Notes: generated by a model from the letters alone, not told the origin. A stretch of DNA of 32,000 nt from Propionibacterium freudenreichii subsp. freudenreichii (GCF_000940845.1 NZ_CP010341.1:510001-542000); one strand, 5' to 3'; shown: positions 1 through 8,186, counted from the stretch's first letter. Program-made: numbers and translations.

Positions 1-667
1 TCTCGTCGCCGGCACCCTTGGCGCCCTGGCCGTAGTAGAGGATCGGACGCTGGGCCTCGTTGATCAGGTCGAGGGCGCGGGCCACGTCGGCATCGCGGGC
101 GGCCAGGTTCCAGTCGGAGGGCGTGAACGCATTCGCCGAGGACACATAGTTGTCCTCGATCGGTGCCCAGCCGAGGTCCTTGGGGATGATCACCACGGCG
201 ACGCCACGCTTGGAGTAGGCGGTGCGGATCGCGGTGTCAACCACCTGCGGCAGCTGCTCGGCGGTGGTGACGGTGCGCGCATACACCGACACATCGGCGA
301 ACATCGGGTTCTCGTTGAGCTCCTGGAAGAAGTCGGTGTTCATCATCGCCGTCGGCACCTGGCCGATGAGCGCGAGCACCGGGATGTTGTCCGTCTTGGC
401 GTCATACAGGCCGTTGAGCAGGTGCGCTGCACCCGGACCGGCCGAGCCGAAGGTGACGGCGATCTTGCCGGTGAGCTTTGCCTCGGCGACGGCCGCCAAC
501 GCACCGACTTCCTCATGGCGCACTCCGATGTAGCGGATGGAGTCGCGGAAGTCGTGGATGGCATTCATGGTCGAATCGAACGACCCGCCCGGCAACCCGT
601 AGATGGTGTCGACTCCCCAGTCCTTGAGCACCTGCAGCATGGCATTCGAAGCGTTGACCTTCGTCAT
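1..667 (-). CDS. Thiamine-diphosphate-dependent pyruvate oxidase family enzyme, N-terminal ~222 codons (the gene continues past the window start)
   Basis: Absent from the ORF track because it runs off the edge. The reverse complement from ATG (cat at 665-667) reads MTKVNASNAMLQVLKDWGVDTIYGLPGGSFDSTMNAIHDFRDSIRYIGVRHEEVGALAAVAEAKLTGKIAVTFGSAGPGAAHLLNGLYDAKTDNIPVLALIGQ...RPILYYGQGAKGAGDE. This is a TPP-enzyme PYR domain closest to Pox/SpxB-type pyruvate oxidases. SD GGAGAGG (674-680 on the reverse strand) lies 6 nt upstream. Confidence 0.8.
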   Translation of the reverse strand, partial: MTKVNASNAMLQVLKDWGVDTIYGLPGGSFDSTMNAIHDFRDSIRYIGVRHEEVGALAAVAEAKLTGKIAVTFGSAGPGAAHLLNGLYDAKTDNIPVLALIGQVPTAMMNTDFFQELNENPMFADVSVYARTVTTAEQLPQVVDTAIRTAYSKRGVAVVIIPKDLGWAPIEDNYVSSANAFTPSDWNLAARDADVARALDLINEAQRPILYYGQGAKGAGDE

Positions 668-772
668 CGTTGACCTCTCCTTGTTCGTGCCGGGCCCATC
701 CAGGCATGCCGGCCTGTGTCACCTATGACAACCATCCACCCAAGTAGTTAATCCCTCAACCACTTGTGCCAA

Positions 773-804
773 GTTCATTCCGGGGGAGGTTCGTCCCGGG
801 GGAG
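773..804. repeat. Tandem 16-bp direct repeat x2 directly 3' of the antiporter stop codon
   Basis: GTTCATTCCGGGGGAG (773-788) is followed by GTTCGTCCCGGGGGAG (789-804), 14/16 identical. The antiporter stop (tca at 807-809) is 2 nt away. Confidence 0.85.
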
Positions 805-806
805 CC

Positions 807-2663
807 TCACTCCAGCGGAGCCAAGCGGTCGTCCGGGTCCTGGTCGGCGGGGGCGTTGGGGTCCTCGATGCCCTGGGTGAGCAGCGGCCCGGCATGCAGC
901 TCCAGGGCCATCTCGTCGGCGTCGAGTGTGGCGAACACGCTGTCGAGGGCCTGGGGACGGAACTTCCCGGTGTCGCGCACGGCCAGCAGGGCATTGCGTT
1001 GCGCGGCGATCACGTTCAGGGCGTAGCGGAACGACAGGGCGCTCACCTGGTTGCGTTGCGCCTGGGTGAGTGTCACCCCCGATTCGCGCATCCGGCTGGT
1101 CAGGTTCCATGCCAGCGAGACGGCCGGGCCGCGGATGTCGCCGGTCACCTCGGAGTCGTCCTCGCCCTGGGCGTTGAGCATCGCCATCAGCTTCGGGGGC
1201 ACCGGCACGTCCTGCGCGGCCTCGCGCATCCGCCCATAGATATCGCGCAGTTCCGCGCGGGTGACCGGACGCGTCTTCGTGGGCTTCACCAGCCGCACCA
1301 ACAGGCTCAGCGTGCTGCCCTGGATCGCCAGGGAGGCGCTGGCCAGCAGGGCGGCGACCAGGATGAGGAAGCTGCGGTGCGGCGTCGATTCGGGCAGCAT
1401 CTGGGCGGCGGCCAGCGTCACCGCGCCGCGCATGCCCGACCACACGATCACCGCGCCCTCGCGGGGGCCGAACGACTGTTCGGTGAAGTAGTCGATGTCG
1501 GCCAGGGCCCGCCAGACGCGGTGCCGGAAAGTGCTTGCGCGCTCGGGGGTGATCGTCATCGAGCGTCCGCCACGGCTCACGGTGGTGGGGCCGTTCTTGA
1601 CCTGCTCGGTCATCTTGCCCGCCATCTCGTTCATCAGCTCGAGGCGCGGGCGCTTCTGTTCGCGCCGGTTGTTGCGCCGCGACGAGCCCAGCACCAGCGG
1701 AACCACCATCACCGCGCGCACCACGATGGTCGCCACCAGGCCGACGCCGGCGACGATCGCGGCGAGCTTGAAGTGCAGCTCGCCGCGGGCCACATCGTGC
1801 AGGATTCCGGGCAATTGGATCCCCATCAGGCCGAAGACGGTGGATTCGAGCACCAGCTGCAGGGTCGCCCACATCTGCCCGGCCGCCACGCGATGGCTGG
1901 AATGCAGGCGCTCGGGGGCCTCGCGTCCCACCACCAGTCCGGCGATGACGGCGGCCACCAGGCCCGAGCCATGCAGCGCATTGGCGGGAAGGTAGGCCAC
2001 GAAGGGGGTCACCAACGACAGCACCGTGTCTGCGGTGACGCTGCCCACCCGGGCGCGCACCCACACCATCACCTCGCCGGCCAGCCAACCGATCAGCAGC
2101 GCGATGATGACCTCCTGGGCGAAGTGTCCGATCACCTCGCCGGCCGTCACATGGGCTGCCACGGCGGCCAGCGCCGACGACACGATCACCAGGGCCGATG
2201 CATCGTTGATCAGGCCCTCGCCCTCGAGCACGGTCACCAGCCGGTTGGACACGCCCTGGCGTCGCACGATCGAGGTGGCCACCGCGTCGGTGGGGCTCAC
2301 CACGGCGCCCAGTGCGATACCGACGGCCAGGCCGATGCCGGGCACCATCTTCTCGAAGATGAACCCGAGCACCACGGCCGATACGGCCACCAACAACACC
2401 GACAGCACCGCGATGGGGGTCAGGTTGCGCCGGAAGTCCATCGTCGGCATGGAGGTCGCGGTGGCGTACAGCAGGGGAGGCAGGATCACCGCGACGATCA
2501 TCTGCGGGTCCACGCTGATGTCGGGCACCCACGGGGTGAAGCCGACGATGATGCCCAGGGCCAGCAGGGCGACCGGCGCGACGACGCCGGTGTGCTCGGC
2601 CAGCCGGTCTGAGGCCGCGATCAGCAGCATGGCCACGACAAAGATCAGGATTGCGACGCTCAC
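807..2663 (-). CDS. Na+/H+ antiporter, CPA1 (NhaP-type) family, with a long cytoplasmic C-terminal domain
   Basis: 618-aa ORF with GTG start at 2663. The N-terminal half is polytopic and hydrophobic, with exchanger motifs (VVSPTDAVATSIV, LEGEGLINDASALV). Confidence 0.85.
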   Translation of the reverse strand: MSVAILIFVVAMLLIAASDRLAEHTGVVAPVALLALGIIVGFTPWVPDISVDPQMIVAVILPPLLYATATSMPTMDFRRNLTPIAVLSVLLVAVSAVVLGFIFEKMVPGIGLAVGIALGAVVSPTDAVATSIVRRQGVSNRLVTVLEGEGLINDASALVIVSSALAAVAAHVTAGEVIGHFAQEVIIALLIGWLAGEVMVWVRARVGSVTADTVLSLVTPFVAYLPANALHGSGLVAAVIAGLVVGREAPERLHSSHRVAAGQMWATLQLVLESTVFGLMGIQLPGILHDVARGELHFKLAAIVAGVGLVATIVVRAVMVVPLVLGSSRRNNRREQKRPRLELMNEMAGKMTEQVKNGPTTVSRGGRSMTITPERASTFRHRVWRALADIDYFTEQSFGPREGAVIVWSGMRGAVTLAAAQMLPESTPHRSFLILVAALLASASLAIQGSTLSLLVRLVKPTKTRPVTRAELRDIYGRMREAAQDVPVPPKLMAMLNAQGEDDSEVTGDIRGPAVSLAWNLTSRMRESGVTLTQAQRNQVSALSFRYALNVIAAQRNALLAVRDTGKFRPQALDSVFATLDADEMALELHAGPLLTQGIEDPNAPADQDPDDRLAPLE

Positions 2664-2780
2664 CGGCTCATTGTCGCACCCGGTCGAGACGCCGTTATCG
2701 GCGTCTGCGGACGTGACCGGGGCCGGGGTAGCGTGACCGAGGGGCGGCGGGATCCGTCACCCATCGACGAGGAGCACGCA

Positions 2781-3155
2781 ATGGCCGCAGCCACCAACCC
2801 GGGAATCACCACGCTCAACCGTTACTTCGAGCTGTCGAACACCGCCGGGCAGAACCAACGGGACCTTGACGAGCTGCTGGGCCTGTTCGCCCGCGACGCG
2901 GAACTGGAATCAGCGCGTGGCGAGATCGCCAATGGCGAGGAGGGGCTGAAGGACTTCTTCCGCACCTTCTTCGCCCGCAACGTGGAGTTGCACCATGTGT
3001 GGAACACCGAGATGACCGGCCCGGATCGTGTTCGCGTCGACTGGGCGGTTGCCGGACGTGCCGCCGACGGCCATGTCTTCGCCCTGTCGGGCCATGATGA
3101 CGCCACGGTGGATCAGCACGGGCATATCCAGACGCTCACGGTGCGCCCCGACTGA
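2781..3155 (+). CDS. SnoaL-like / NTF2-fold small protein
   Basis: The track ORF is 2733..3155. I prefer ATG 2781 (MAAATNPGITTLNRYFEL...) because GAGGAG at 2769-2774 precedes it. The size and the pattern (NRYFEL...LLGLFARDAELE...VDWAVAGR...GHDDATVD) fit SnoaL-like polyketide-cyclase-fold proteins. The function is unknown. Confidence 0.6.
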   Translation: MAAATNPGITTLNRYFELSNTAGQNQRDLDELLGLFARDAELESARGEIANGEEGLKDFFRTFFARNVELHHVWNTEMTGPDRVRVDWAVAGRAADGHVFALSGHDDATVDQHGHIQTLTVRPD

Positions 3156-3206
3156 ACTGCACCCCCGACTGAACTGCACCTCGACTGACCTTCACCCCGA
3201 CTGGGG
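3150..3206. repeat. Tandem 16-17-bp repeat, ~3.5 copies, starting inside the last codons and stop of the SnoaL-like gene
   Basis: Units are GACTGAACTGCACCCCC (3150-3166), GACTGAACTGCACCTC (3167-3182), GACTGACCTTCACCCC (3183-3198) and GACTGGGG (3199-3206). The TGA at 3153-3155 is the gene stop. The TGA at 3186-3188 is an in-frame second stop. Confidence 0.85.
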
Positions 3207-3241
3207 CGCGGACCGGCAACCCTGCTGCGTCCGGCTGGGGC

Positions 3242-3287
3242 GGGCCCACGTGGCGTGCAGCCCCATTGCAGCGCGCCACGCGGGCCC
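3242..3287. terminator. Long GC-rich hairpin between convergent genes (candidate bidirectional terminator)
   Basis: GGGCCCACGTGGCG (3242-3255) pairs with CGCCACGCGGGCCC (3274-3287), 13 of 14 positions, around an 18-nt loop. It sits between the SnoaL-like stop (3155) and the marR stop (3339). There is no U tract. Confidence 0.5.
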
Positions 3288-3338
3288 TGGTCCGGCGATT
3301 CGGCCCCCAGTGGTCCTCCAAATCCGGGCCCTTCTCAC

Positions 3339-3797
3339 TCAGCGGTTGTGTGCCCGGTAGTCGCGCGAGCCGTGCAGGATGCGGTCGAGCAGCGAGCGGA
3401 ACTGGTCCATCTCGGCCACGGTCAGGCCCTCGCCCACCGAATCGGCCCAGTCCTGCAGGCCGCTCTCCAGCTCGGCGGCAGCCTGGCGTCCCGACAGCGT
3501 GGAGGCCAGCAGTTGGGAGCGTCGGTGCTTGGGATTGGCGTCCCAGCGCGCCCATTCGTTGTCGACGAGGATGTCGGCGATGCGTTGCACGCTCTGGCGG
3601 GTGCGGTTGAGCCGCCGGGCGATGTCGGGCACGGTGTGGGCGGTGTCGAGCACGGTGGCGAGCACCTGCCACCAGGCCGGCGTGAGTTGGTGACGGTAGA
3701 TGATGGCCTCCGTGGCCGACGTCACCTCCGAGCTCAGTTCGAGCACGGGGAGTACCAGGTCGGACGCGCCACCGTTATGGCTGACGACAGCGGTCAT
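3339..3797 (-). CDS. MarR-family transcriptional regulator
   Basis: 152 aa. The winged-HTH core is LTPAWWQVLATVLDTAHTVPDIARRLNRTRQSVQRIADILVDNEWARWDANPKHRRSQLL. The length is typical for MarR. Confidence 0.8.
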   Translation of the reverse strand: MTAVVSHNGGASDLVLPVLELSSEVTSATEAIIYRHQLTPAWWQVLATVLDTAHTVPDIARRLNRTRQSVQRIADILVDNEWARWDANPKHRRSQLLASTLSGRQAAAELESGLQDWADSVGEGLTVAEMDQFRSLLDRILHGSRDYRAHNR

Positions 3798-4192
3798 GCC
3801 CCTTCACCGCCCCACTGCAACGACGCCAGTCCTCGGTGTCGTTGTCGTGGGGTGGGTGTTGCGCGGTGGATGTCGGCGCGTGGCCCACACATGGAACATG
3901 GGCGAGTGAAGAGCAAGTGACTCATTACTGGTTCCCCCTATCAGTGGCATACGTCTGCGTACTTGTGTTGTGGCGTCCTGCCATGAACATGGCTCCGGAA
4001 ACCTGGGGGCTACCTCACCGTAGTCTGCACGCAGTGTAAGGACAATGTGCCATCGCGTAATGGGCGGACTCTTCGCGGACGGCGAATCCCCTTGTCAACG
4101 CATGGTCCGAGAGCCGCGACGGGGGTCCGATCCGGTGTTACCGGGCGCAGTTGTCACCCGATGGAGGGCTCCGGCCCGGTAAGAATGGGGCC

Positions 4193-4939
4193 ATGGACTG
4201 GTCGGGCTTCGCCGCGCAGCTGGGCGCACACCTGCGGGCGAGCGTCGCCGGCGTGCACCCCGACGAGGGCTGGTGGATCGCGGCTGCCGTGGGGGCCGCG
4301 CTGGTGGCCGTCGTGGTGCGTCCGGTGTGGCGCTGGACCCGCATTGCGGTGACCATCGTGCATGAGCTGGGCCATGCCGTCGTCGGCCTGTTGAGCGGAC
4401 GCAAGTGGCAGCGCTTCGTGGTGCATCCCGACATGTCGGGCGAGGTCAGCACACTGGGCAGGCCCACAGGCATCGGCCGGGTGCTCACCACGGCGGCCGG
4501 CTATCCGGCGCCGGCGGTGGTCGGTGCGGTGGGCATCTGGGCGGCCCTGGCGGGCTGGGGGCCCCTGGTGCTGCTGGCGCTGGCCCTCATGGCGCTCGGC
4601 GCGTTGGTGCGGGCCAGGTCGGCCTTCACGGTGCTGGCGCTGCTGGTGGTGCTCGCCGGCGACCTCGCGGCCTGGTGGTTCGGCGACGTCCAGCTGGTGG
4701 CCGCGCTGGTCTGCGGGGTCGGCGCCTTCCTGGTGTTGGGTGCCTGGCGCCAACTGCTCAATGTGGCCCGCTCGGGCGACCCCGGCCAGGACCCGGTGGT
4801 GCTCGGCATGCTCACCCACCTGCCGCGGGGCGGGTGGATCGCCGTGTTCGTCCTTGTGGTGGGGGCCTTCAGCGCGTGGAGCCTGATGATGCTGTGGCCG
4901 GTGCTGGGCGGCTGGCTGGGCCTGTTCGCCGGGCGGTGA
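4193..4939 (+). CDS. M50-like (M50B-type) integral-membrane metallopeptidase
   Basis: The track ORF starts at TTG 4151. ATG 4193 (MDWSGFAAQL...) is the more conventional start. It has an HExxH motif in a TM helix (IVHELGHAVVGLLSGRK) followed by several hydrophobic segments. Confidence 0.7.
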   Translation: MDWSGFAAQLGAHLRASVAGVHPDEGWWIAAAVGAALVAVVVRPVWRWTRIAVTIVHELGHAVVGLLSGRKWQRFVVHPDMSGEVSTLGRPTGIGRVLTTAAGYPAPAVVGAVGIWAALAGWGPLVLLALALMALGALVRARSAFTVLALLVVLAGDLAAWWFGDVQLVAALVCGVGAFLVLGAWRQLLNVARSGDPGQDPVVLGMLTHLPRGGWIAVFVLVVGAFSAWSLMMLWPVLGGWLGLFAGR

Positions 4940-5150
4940 GCCACCGCGGACGTGCGGGGCGGCGGCGTGTTCGCTGCGAGCCTCGGCGAACGGGCGGACC
5001 GGCTTTTCTGCTGGCGAGCGCGCGTGCTTTACTTGTTATTGCAGGCCTTCGAAACGTCCCCGATCGGGCACCCCTGCGGTGCCCCCCGTAATCGCTTGAG
5101 GTGCGCATGACTGCAGTCCCAGCTGGCTGTTTTTGGGGGCGTGGTCACTG

Positions 5151-6422
5151 ATGACGCTGACGCTCGTGATCATCGTGGTGGTGGTGGCCCTCGTCTTCGA
5201 CTTCACCAACGGCTTCCATGACTCGGCCAATGCGATGGCAACATCGGTCGCCACCGGCGCCTTCGGGGCCCGTCAGGCCGTCGCCGTCGCCGCCGTGCTC
5301 AATGTGGTGGGCGCCTGCCTGTCTACCGAGGTGGCCAAGACCATCAGCTCGGGCATCGTCGACAACTCACTGGTGAATCCGCAGACGGTGCTGGCCGGAC
5401 TGGCCGGGGCCATCGTCTGGAACCTGGTCACCTGGCTGGTGGGACTGCCCTCCAGCTCGTCGCACGCCATGTTCGGTGGGCTGATCGGCGCCGTGCTCGT
5501 CACCGCCGGCATGGCGGGCGTGCACTGGGGCGTCGTCGTGTCGAAGATCATCCTGCCCGCACTCGTCGCGCCCGTGGTCGCCGGCATCGCCGCCGCGCTG
5601 TCCACCTGGATCTCGTACAAGATCACCTCACCCACCGCCCATCACGCCTCGCGCATCTTCCGCCACGGCCAACGGCTGTCCGCGTCGATGGTGGCGCTGG
5701 CCCACGGCACCAGCGATGGCCAGAAGACGATGGGCATCATCACGCTGGTGCTGATCGGCGCCGGGTACCAGCAGTCGGGCACCCACCCGCACTGGTGGGT
5801 CATCGCGCTGGCCGGCTGCGCCATCGGACTGGGCACCTATTCGGGTGGCTGGCGCATCATGCGCACGCTGGGCAAGGGCCTGGTGGAGATCAAGCCCGCG
5901 CAGGGATTCTGCTCTGAAACCGCCTCCACCGTGGCCATCCTGGCGTCCAGCCACCTGGGCTTCGGACTGTCGACCACCCACGTCTGTTCGGGGGCCATCC
6001 TCGGCTCCGGCATCGGGCGTCGCGGCGCCGAGGTGCACTGGGGCGTTGCGGGACGCATGGGCATTGCCTGGCTGCTCACCCTTCCGGCCGCCGGCGTGGT
6101 CGGGGCGATCGCCTCGTTCGCCGCCTCCAAGGGTGCCGTTGGCCTGGTCGGCGTGCTCGTGATGCTCATCGGCGCTGCCATCGTCGTGCTGGCCGTCGCC
6201 CGCCACACCAAGGTCGACCACACCAACGTCAACGATTCCCACAAGGTCACGGTGCGGCTGAGCCCCGAGCCCGAGGTGGCCGCGGCCACCCCGGCGCCGG
6301 TTCCGGTGCAGGCCACCGTCGCCGACCTGCTCAAGCCCGCCGCCGAGAAGCCCGGCGGGCACCACCGCGAGGGCACCGATGGTTCAAATCCGCGGATGGC
6401 GGGCAGCGGGGCCGGCCGATGA
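5151..6422 (+). CDS. pit: Inorganic phosphate transporter, PiT/PitA family
   Basis: The signature FDFTNGFHDSANAMATSVATGA lies near the N-terminus and a second copy of the motif region (HGTSDGQKTMGII) follows. The protein is polytopic. The track ORF begins at TTG 5133; ATG 5151 (MTLTLVIIVVV) is preferred. Confidence 0.9.
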   Translation: MTLTLVIIVVVVALVFDFTNGFHDSANAMATSVATGAFGARQAVAVAAVLNVVGACLSTEVAKTISSGIVDNSLVNPQTVLAGLAGAIVWNLVTWLVGLPSSSSHAMFGGLIGAVLVTAGMAGVHWGVVVSKIILPALVAPVVAGIAAALSTWISYKITSPTAHHASRIFRHGQRLSASMVALAHGTSDGQKTMGIITLVLIGAGYQQSGTHPHWWVIALAGCAIGLGTYSGGWRIMRTLGKGLVEIKPAQGFCSETASTVAILASSHLGFGLSTTHVCSGAILGSGIGRRGAEVHWGVAGRMGIAWLLTLPAAGVVGAIASFAASKGAVGLVGVLVMLIGAAIVVLAVARHTKVDHTNVNDSHKVTVRLSPEPEVAAATPAPVPVQATVADLLKPAAEKPGGHHREGTDGSNPRMAGSGAGR

Positions 6423-6649
6423 ACATCGACTGGGGGGCACTCGCGCTGGTCAGCGTCGTCACCCTGATCGGCACCGTGGTGGTGGTCGCCGCCGTGTCCA
6501 CGGCCGCGCTGCTGCTCGACCTGTCGCGGGCACGGGCCCATGCCGGCACCCCGGCCCCGGCCATGCGGGTGGGTGCCTACGGCATGATGGTGGTCTGCTT
6601 CGCGATGCTCGCCTTCGGGCTGTGGCTGATCATCCCCTATTTCCATTGA
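6419..6649 (+). CDS. Small two-TM membrane protein, translationally coupled to pit (ATGA overlap)
   Basis: 76 aa with two hydrophobic helices. Third-position GC is very high, as in the neighbouring genes. Its ATG overlaps the pit TGA (ATGA at 6419-6422). Confidence 0.6.
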   Translation: MNIDWGALALVSVVTLIGTVVVVAAVSTAALLLDLSRARAHAGTPAPAMRVGAYGMMVVCFAMLAFGLWLIIPYFH

Positions 6650-6651
6650 GC

Positions 6652-6677
6652 CCGGCCCCGACATCTGGCGGGGCCGG
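6652..6677 (+). terminator. Hairpin after the pit operon
   Basis: CCGGCCCCG (6652-6660) pairs with CGGGGCCGG (6669-6677), a 9-bp stem with an 8-nt loop, 3 nt after the stop at 6649. There is no U tract. Confidence 0.45.
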
Positions 6678-6780
6678 CGAGCCCCGCTGAACCTCAACCC
6701 GTTGGTACCGGCGGGCCCCGGAAGCGTTGTGGCTGCCGCCGCAGCAGGTTGTGGGCTGTGTGCGAAACATCGCCGATCCA

Positions 6781-6810
6781 TTGAGCCGCCGGCCCCTCGC
6801 GGCATAGCGT
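6781..6810 (+). promoter_or_regulatory. Candidate promoter for the NAD(P)H-binding paralog pair
   Basis: TTGAGC (6781-6786), an 18-nt spacer, then TAGCGT (6805-6810, TAnnnT pattern). Pattern match only. Confidence 0.3.
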
Positions 6811-6819
6811 TGAAACACC

Positions 6820-6855
6820 AATCATCACGCACCCACGAATCATCACGCACCCACG
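6820..6855. repeat. Perfect tandem 18-bp direct repeat x2
   Basis: AATCATCACGCACCCACG occurs at 6820-6837 and again at 6838-6855, about 50 nt upstream of the 6905 start codon. Confidence 0.9.
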
Positions 6856-6865
6856 CACGCGTGGG
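6850..6865. promoter_or_regulatory. 7-bp inverted repeat overlapping the end of the tandem repeat (candidate operator)
   Basis: CCCACGC ac GCGTGGG (6850-6865), downstream of the candidate -10. Confidence 0.35.
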
Positions 6866-6904
6866 CATCGGGGGCATGAACCAGTGCCTGGCAAGGGGAA
6901 ACAC

Positions 6905-7516
6905 ATGAGGATCACGATCTTCGGGGCCACCGGCCACGTCGGCAGCCAGATCACCGCGGAGGCACTGCGCAGGGGCCACCAGGTGACGGCCGTCTCGCAC
7001 AGCGGCAAGACCGTTGCCGACACGACGCCGGCACAGGCCAATTTCGACGACACCCCGGCGGTGGTCGAGCTGGCCAACCAGGCCGACGTCACCGTCATCT
7101 CCGTGCCGCCCTCGCGCACCGCCGATGAGCCGATCGAAGTGAACCTGGACGCCCACCAGCGCCTGATCGACGCCGCCCCCGACACCCGCATCGTGGTGGT
7201 CGGCGGTGCCGGCTCGCTGCTGGTCGACGGCGTACCGCTGCGCGACACGCCCGGATTCCCCGACGCCTACCGCCGCGAGGCGACCTGGGGCATTGAGCTG
7301 CTCAAGCGCTACCGGCAGGCCCCGGTGGGCGTCGACTGGCTGATCGTGTCGCCCTCGCCCGAGATCGGCCCGGGGGAGCGCACCGGACAGTACGTGGTCG
7401 GCACCGATTCCCCGGTGGGCGACCACATCACCACGCAGGACTTCGCCGTCGGCATCCTCGACGAGATCGAGGCACCTGCGCACCATCGGATGCGCATCAC
7501 CCTGGCGGACAAGTAG
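6905..7516 (+). CDS. NAD(P)H-binding (atypical SDR / NmrA-like) protein, paralog A
   Basis: MRITIFGATGHVGSQI carries a Rossmann GxxGxxG motif. The protein is ~203 aa. SD AAGGGG precedes ATG 6905 (the track ORF starts at 6884). Confidence 0.8.
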   Translation: MRITIFGATGHVGSQITAEALRRGHQVTAVSHSGKTVADTTPAQANFDDTPAVVELANQADVTVISVPPSRTADEPIEVNLDAHQRLIDAAPDTRIVVVGGAGSLLVDGVPLRDTPGFPDAYRREATWGIELLKRYRQAPVGVDWLIVSPSPEIGPGERTGQYVVGTDSPVGDHITTQDFAVGILDEIEAPAHHRMRITLADK

Positions 7517-7521
7517 GCACC

Positions 7522-8133
7522 ATGAAGATCGCGATTTTCGGGGCCACCGGCATGGTGGGCAGCAGGCTCGTCGACGAGGCCATGGCCAGGGGCCACGAGG
7601 TGACGGCCGTCACGCGCAACGGCCGGGCCATCCCCGGCACCACCGCCGTGGCGATGGACTTCACCGACACTCCGGCGGTGGTGGAGCTGGCGAACGCGTC
7701 CGATGTGGTCATCATCTCGATCCCGCCGGACCGCTCGCGGGTGGAGCCGATCGAGGTGAACCTGCACGCCCACCAGCGGCTGATCGACGCCGTGCCCAGT
7801 GCGCGGATCATCGTCGTGGGTGGTGCGGGCTCGCTGAAGGTCGCCGGCACCTACCTGCGCGATCGTCCCGGCTTCCCGGAGGCGGCGATGCGCAATTCCA
7901 CGTGGGGGATCTCCATGCTCGAGCGCCACCAGGCCTCGCCGCCGGCCCTCGACTGGCTCGTGGTGTCGCCCTCGCCGCTGATCGAGCCCGGACAACGCAC
8001 CGGGCACTATGTGCTGGGCATCGATGAGCCAGCCGGGCAGTGGGTGAGCGCGGAGAACTTCGCGGTGGGCATCCTCGACGAGATCGAGGACCCCGATCAC
8101 CACCGGATGCGCATCACCTTCGCCGACAAATAG
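7522..8133 (+). CDS. NAD(P)H-binding (atypical SDR / NmrA-like) protein, paralog B
   Basis: MKIAIFGATGMVGSRL. It is collinear with paralog A over its full length, at roughly 55-60% identity by eye. Both end in HHRMRIT(L/F)ADK. It starts 5 nt after paralog A stops. Confidence 0.8.
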   Translation: MKIAIFGATGMVGSRLVDEAMARGHEVTAVTRNGRAIPGTTAVAMDFTDTPAVVELANASDVVIISIPPDRSRVEPIEVNLHAHQRLIDAVPSARIIVVGGAGSLKVAGTYLRDRPGFPEAAMRNSTWGISMLERHQASPPALDWLVVSPSPLIEPGQRTGHYVLGIDEPAGQWVSAENFAVGILDEIEDPDHHRMRITFADK

Positions 8134-8186
8134 GCCCCACGGCCGACCGGGCCCCGTCCATGGTGCGCCTGACGAACGGGCAGCAC

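Noticed and set aside
775-2612. Long ORFs 775..2532 (-, 585 aa) and 894..2612 (+, 572 aa) overlapping the antiporter gene
   Set aside because: Their translations are Arg/Gly/Pro/His-rich low-complexity sequence with no recognisable domains. They are alternative-frame and antisense shadows of the real 807..2663 gene, as expected in high-GC DNA.
3798-4192. c-di-AMP (ydaO) riboswitch, tRNA or 6C-type sRNA in the marR/M50 gap
   Set aside because: Isolated fragments (GAATCCCC, ACGGGGGTCC, a C5 run) resemble pieces of these families. The defining conserved blocks and helices are absent when read on either strand.
4405-5091. Overlapping ORFs on both strands across the M50 gene (4154..4819 -, 4405..5091 +, 4501..4944 -, 4524..4886 +)
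   Set aside because: All are alternative frames of the same GC-rich membrane-protein gene. Only the 4151/4193..4939 frame gives an HExxH motif and coherent TM helices.
5837-7486. 549-aa reverse-strand ORF spanning pit, the small ORF and NAD(P)H-binding paralog A
   Set aside because: It is antisense to three well-supported plus-strand genes and crosses their intergenic region. Its composition is typical of shadow ORFs and it has no motifs.
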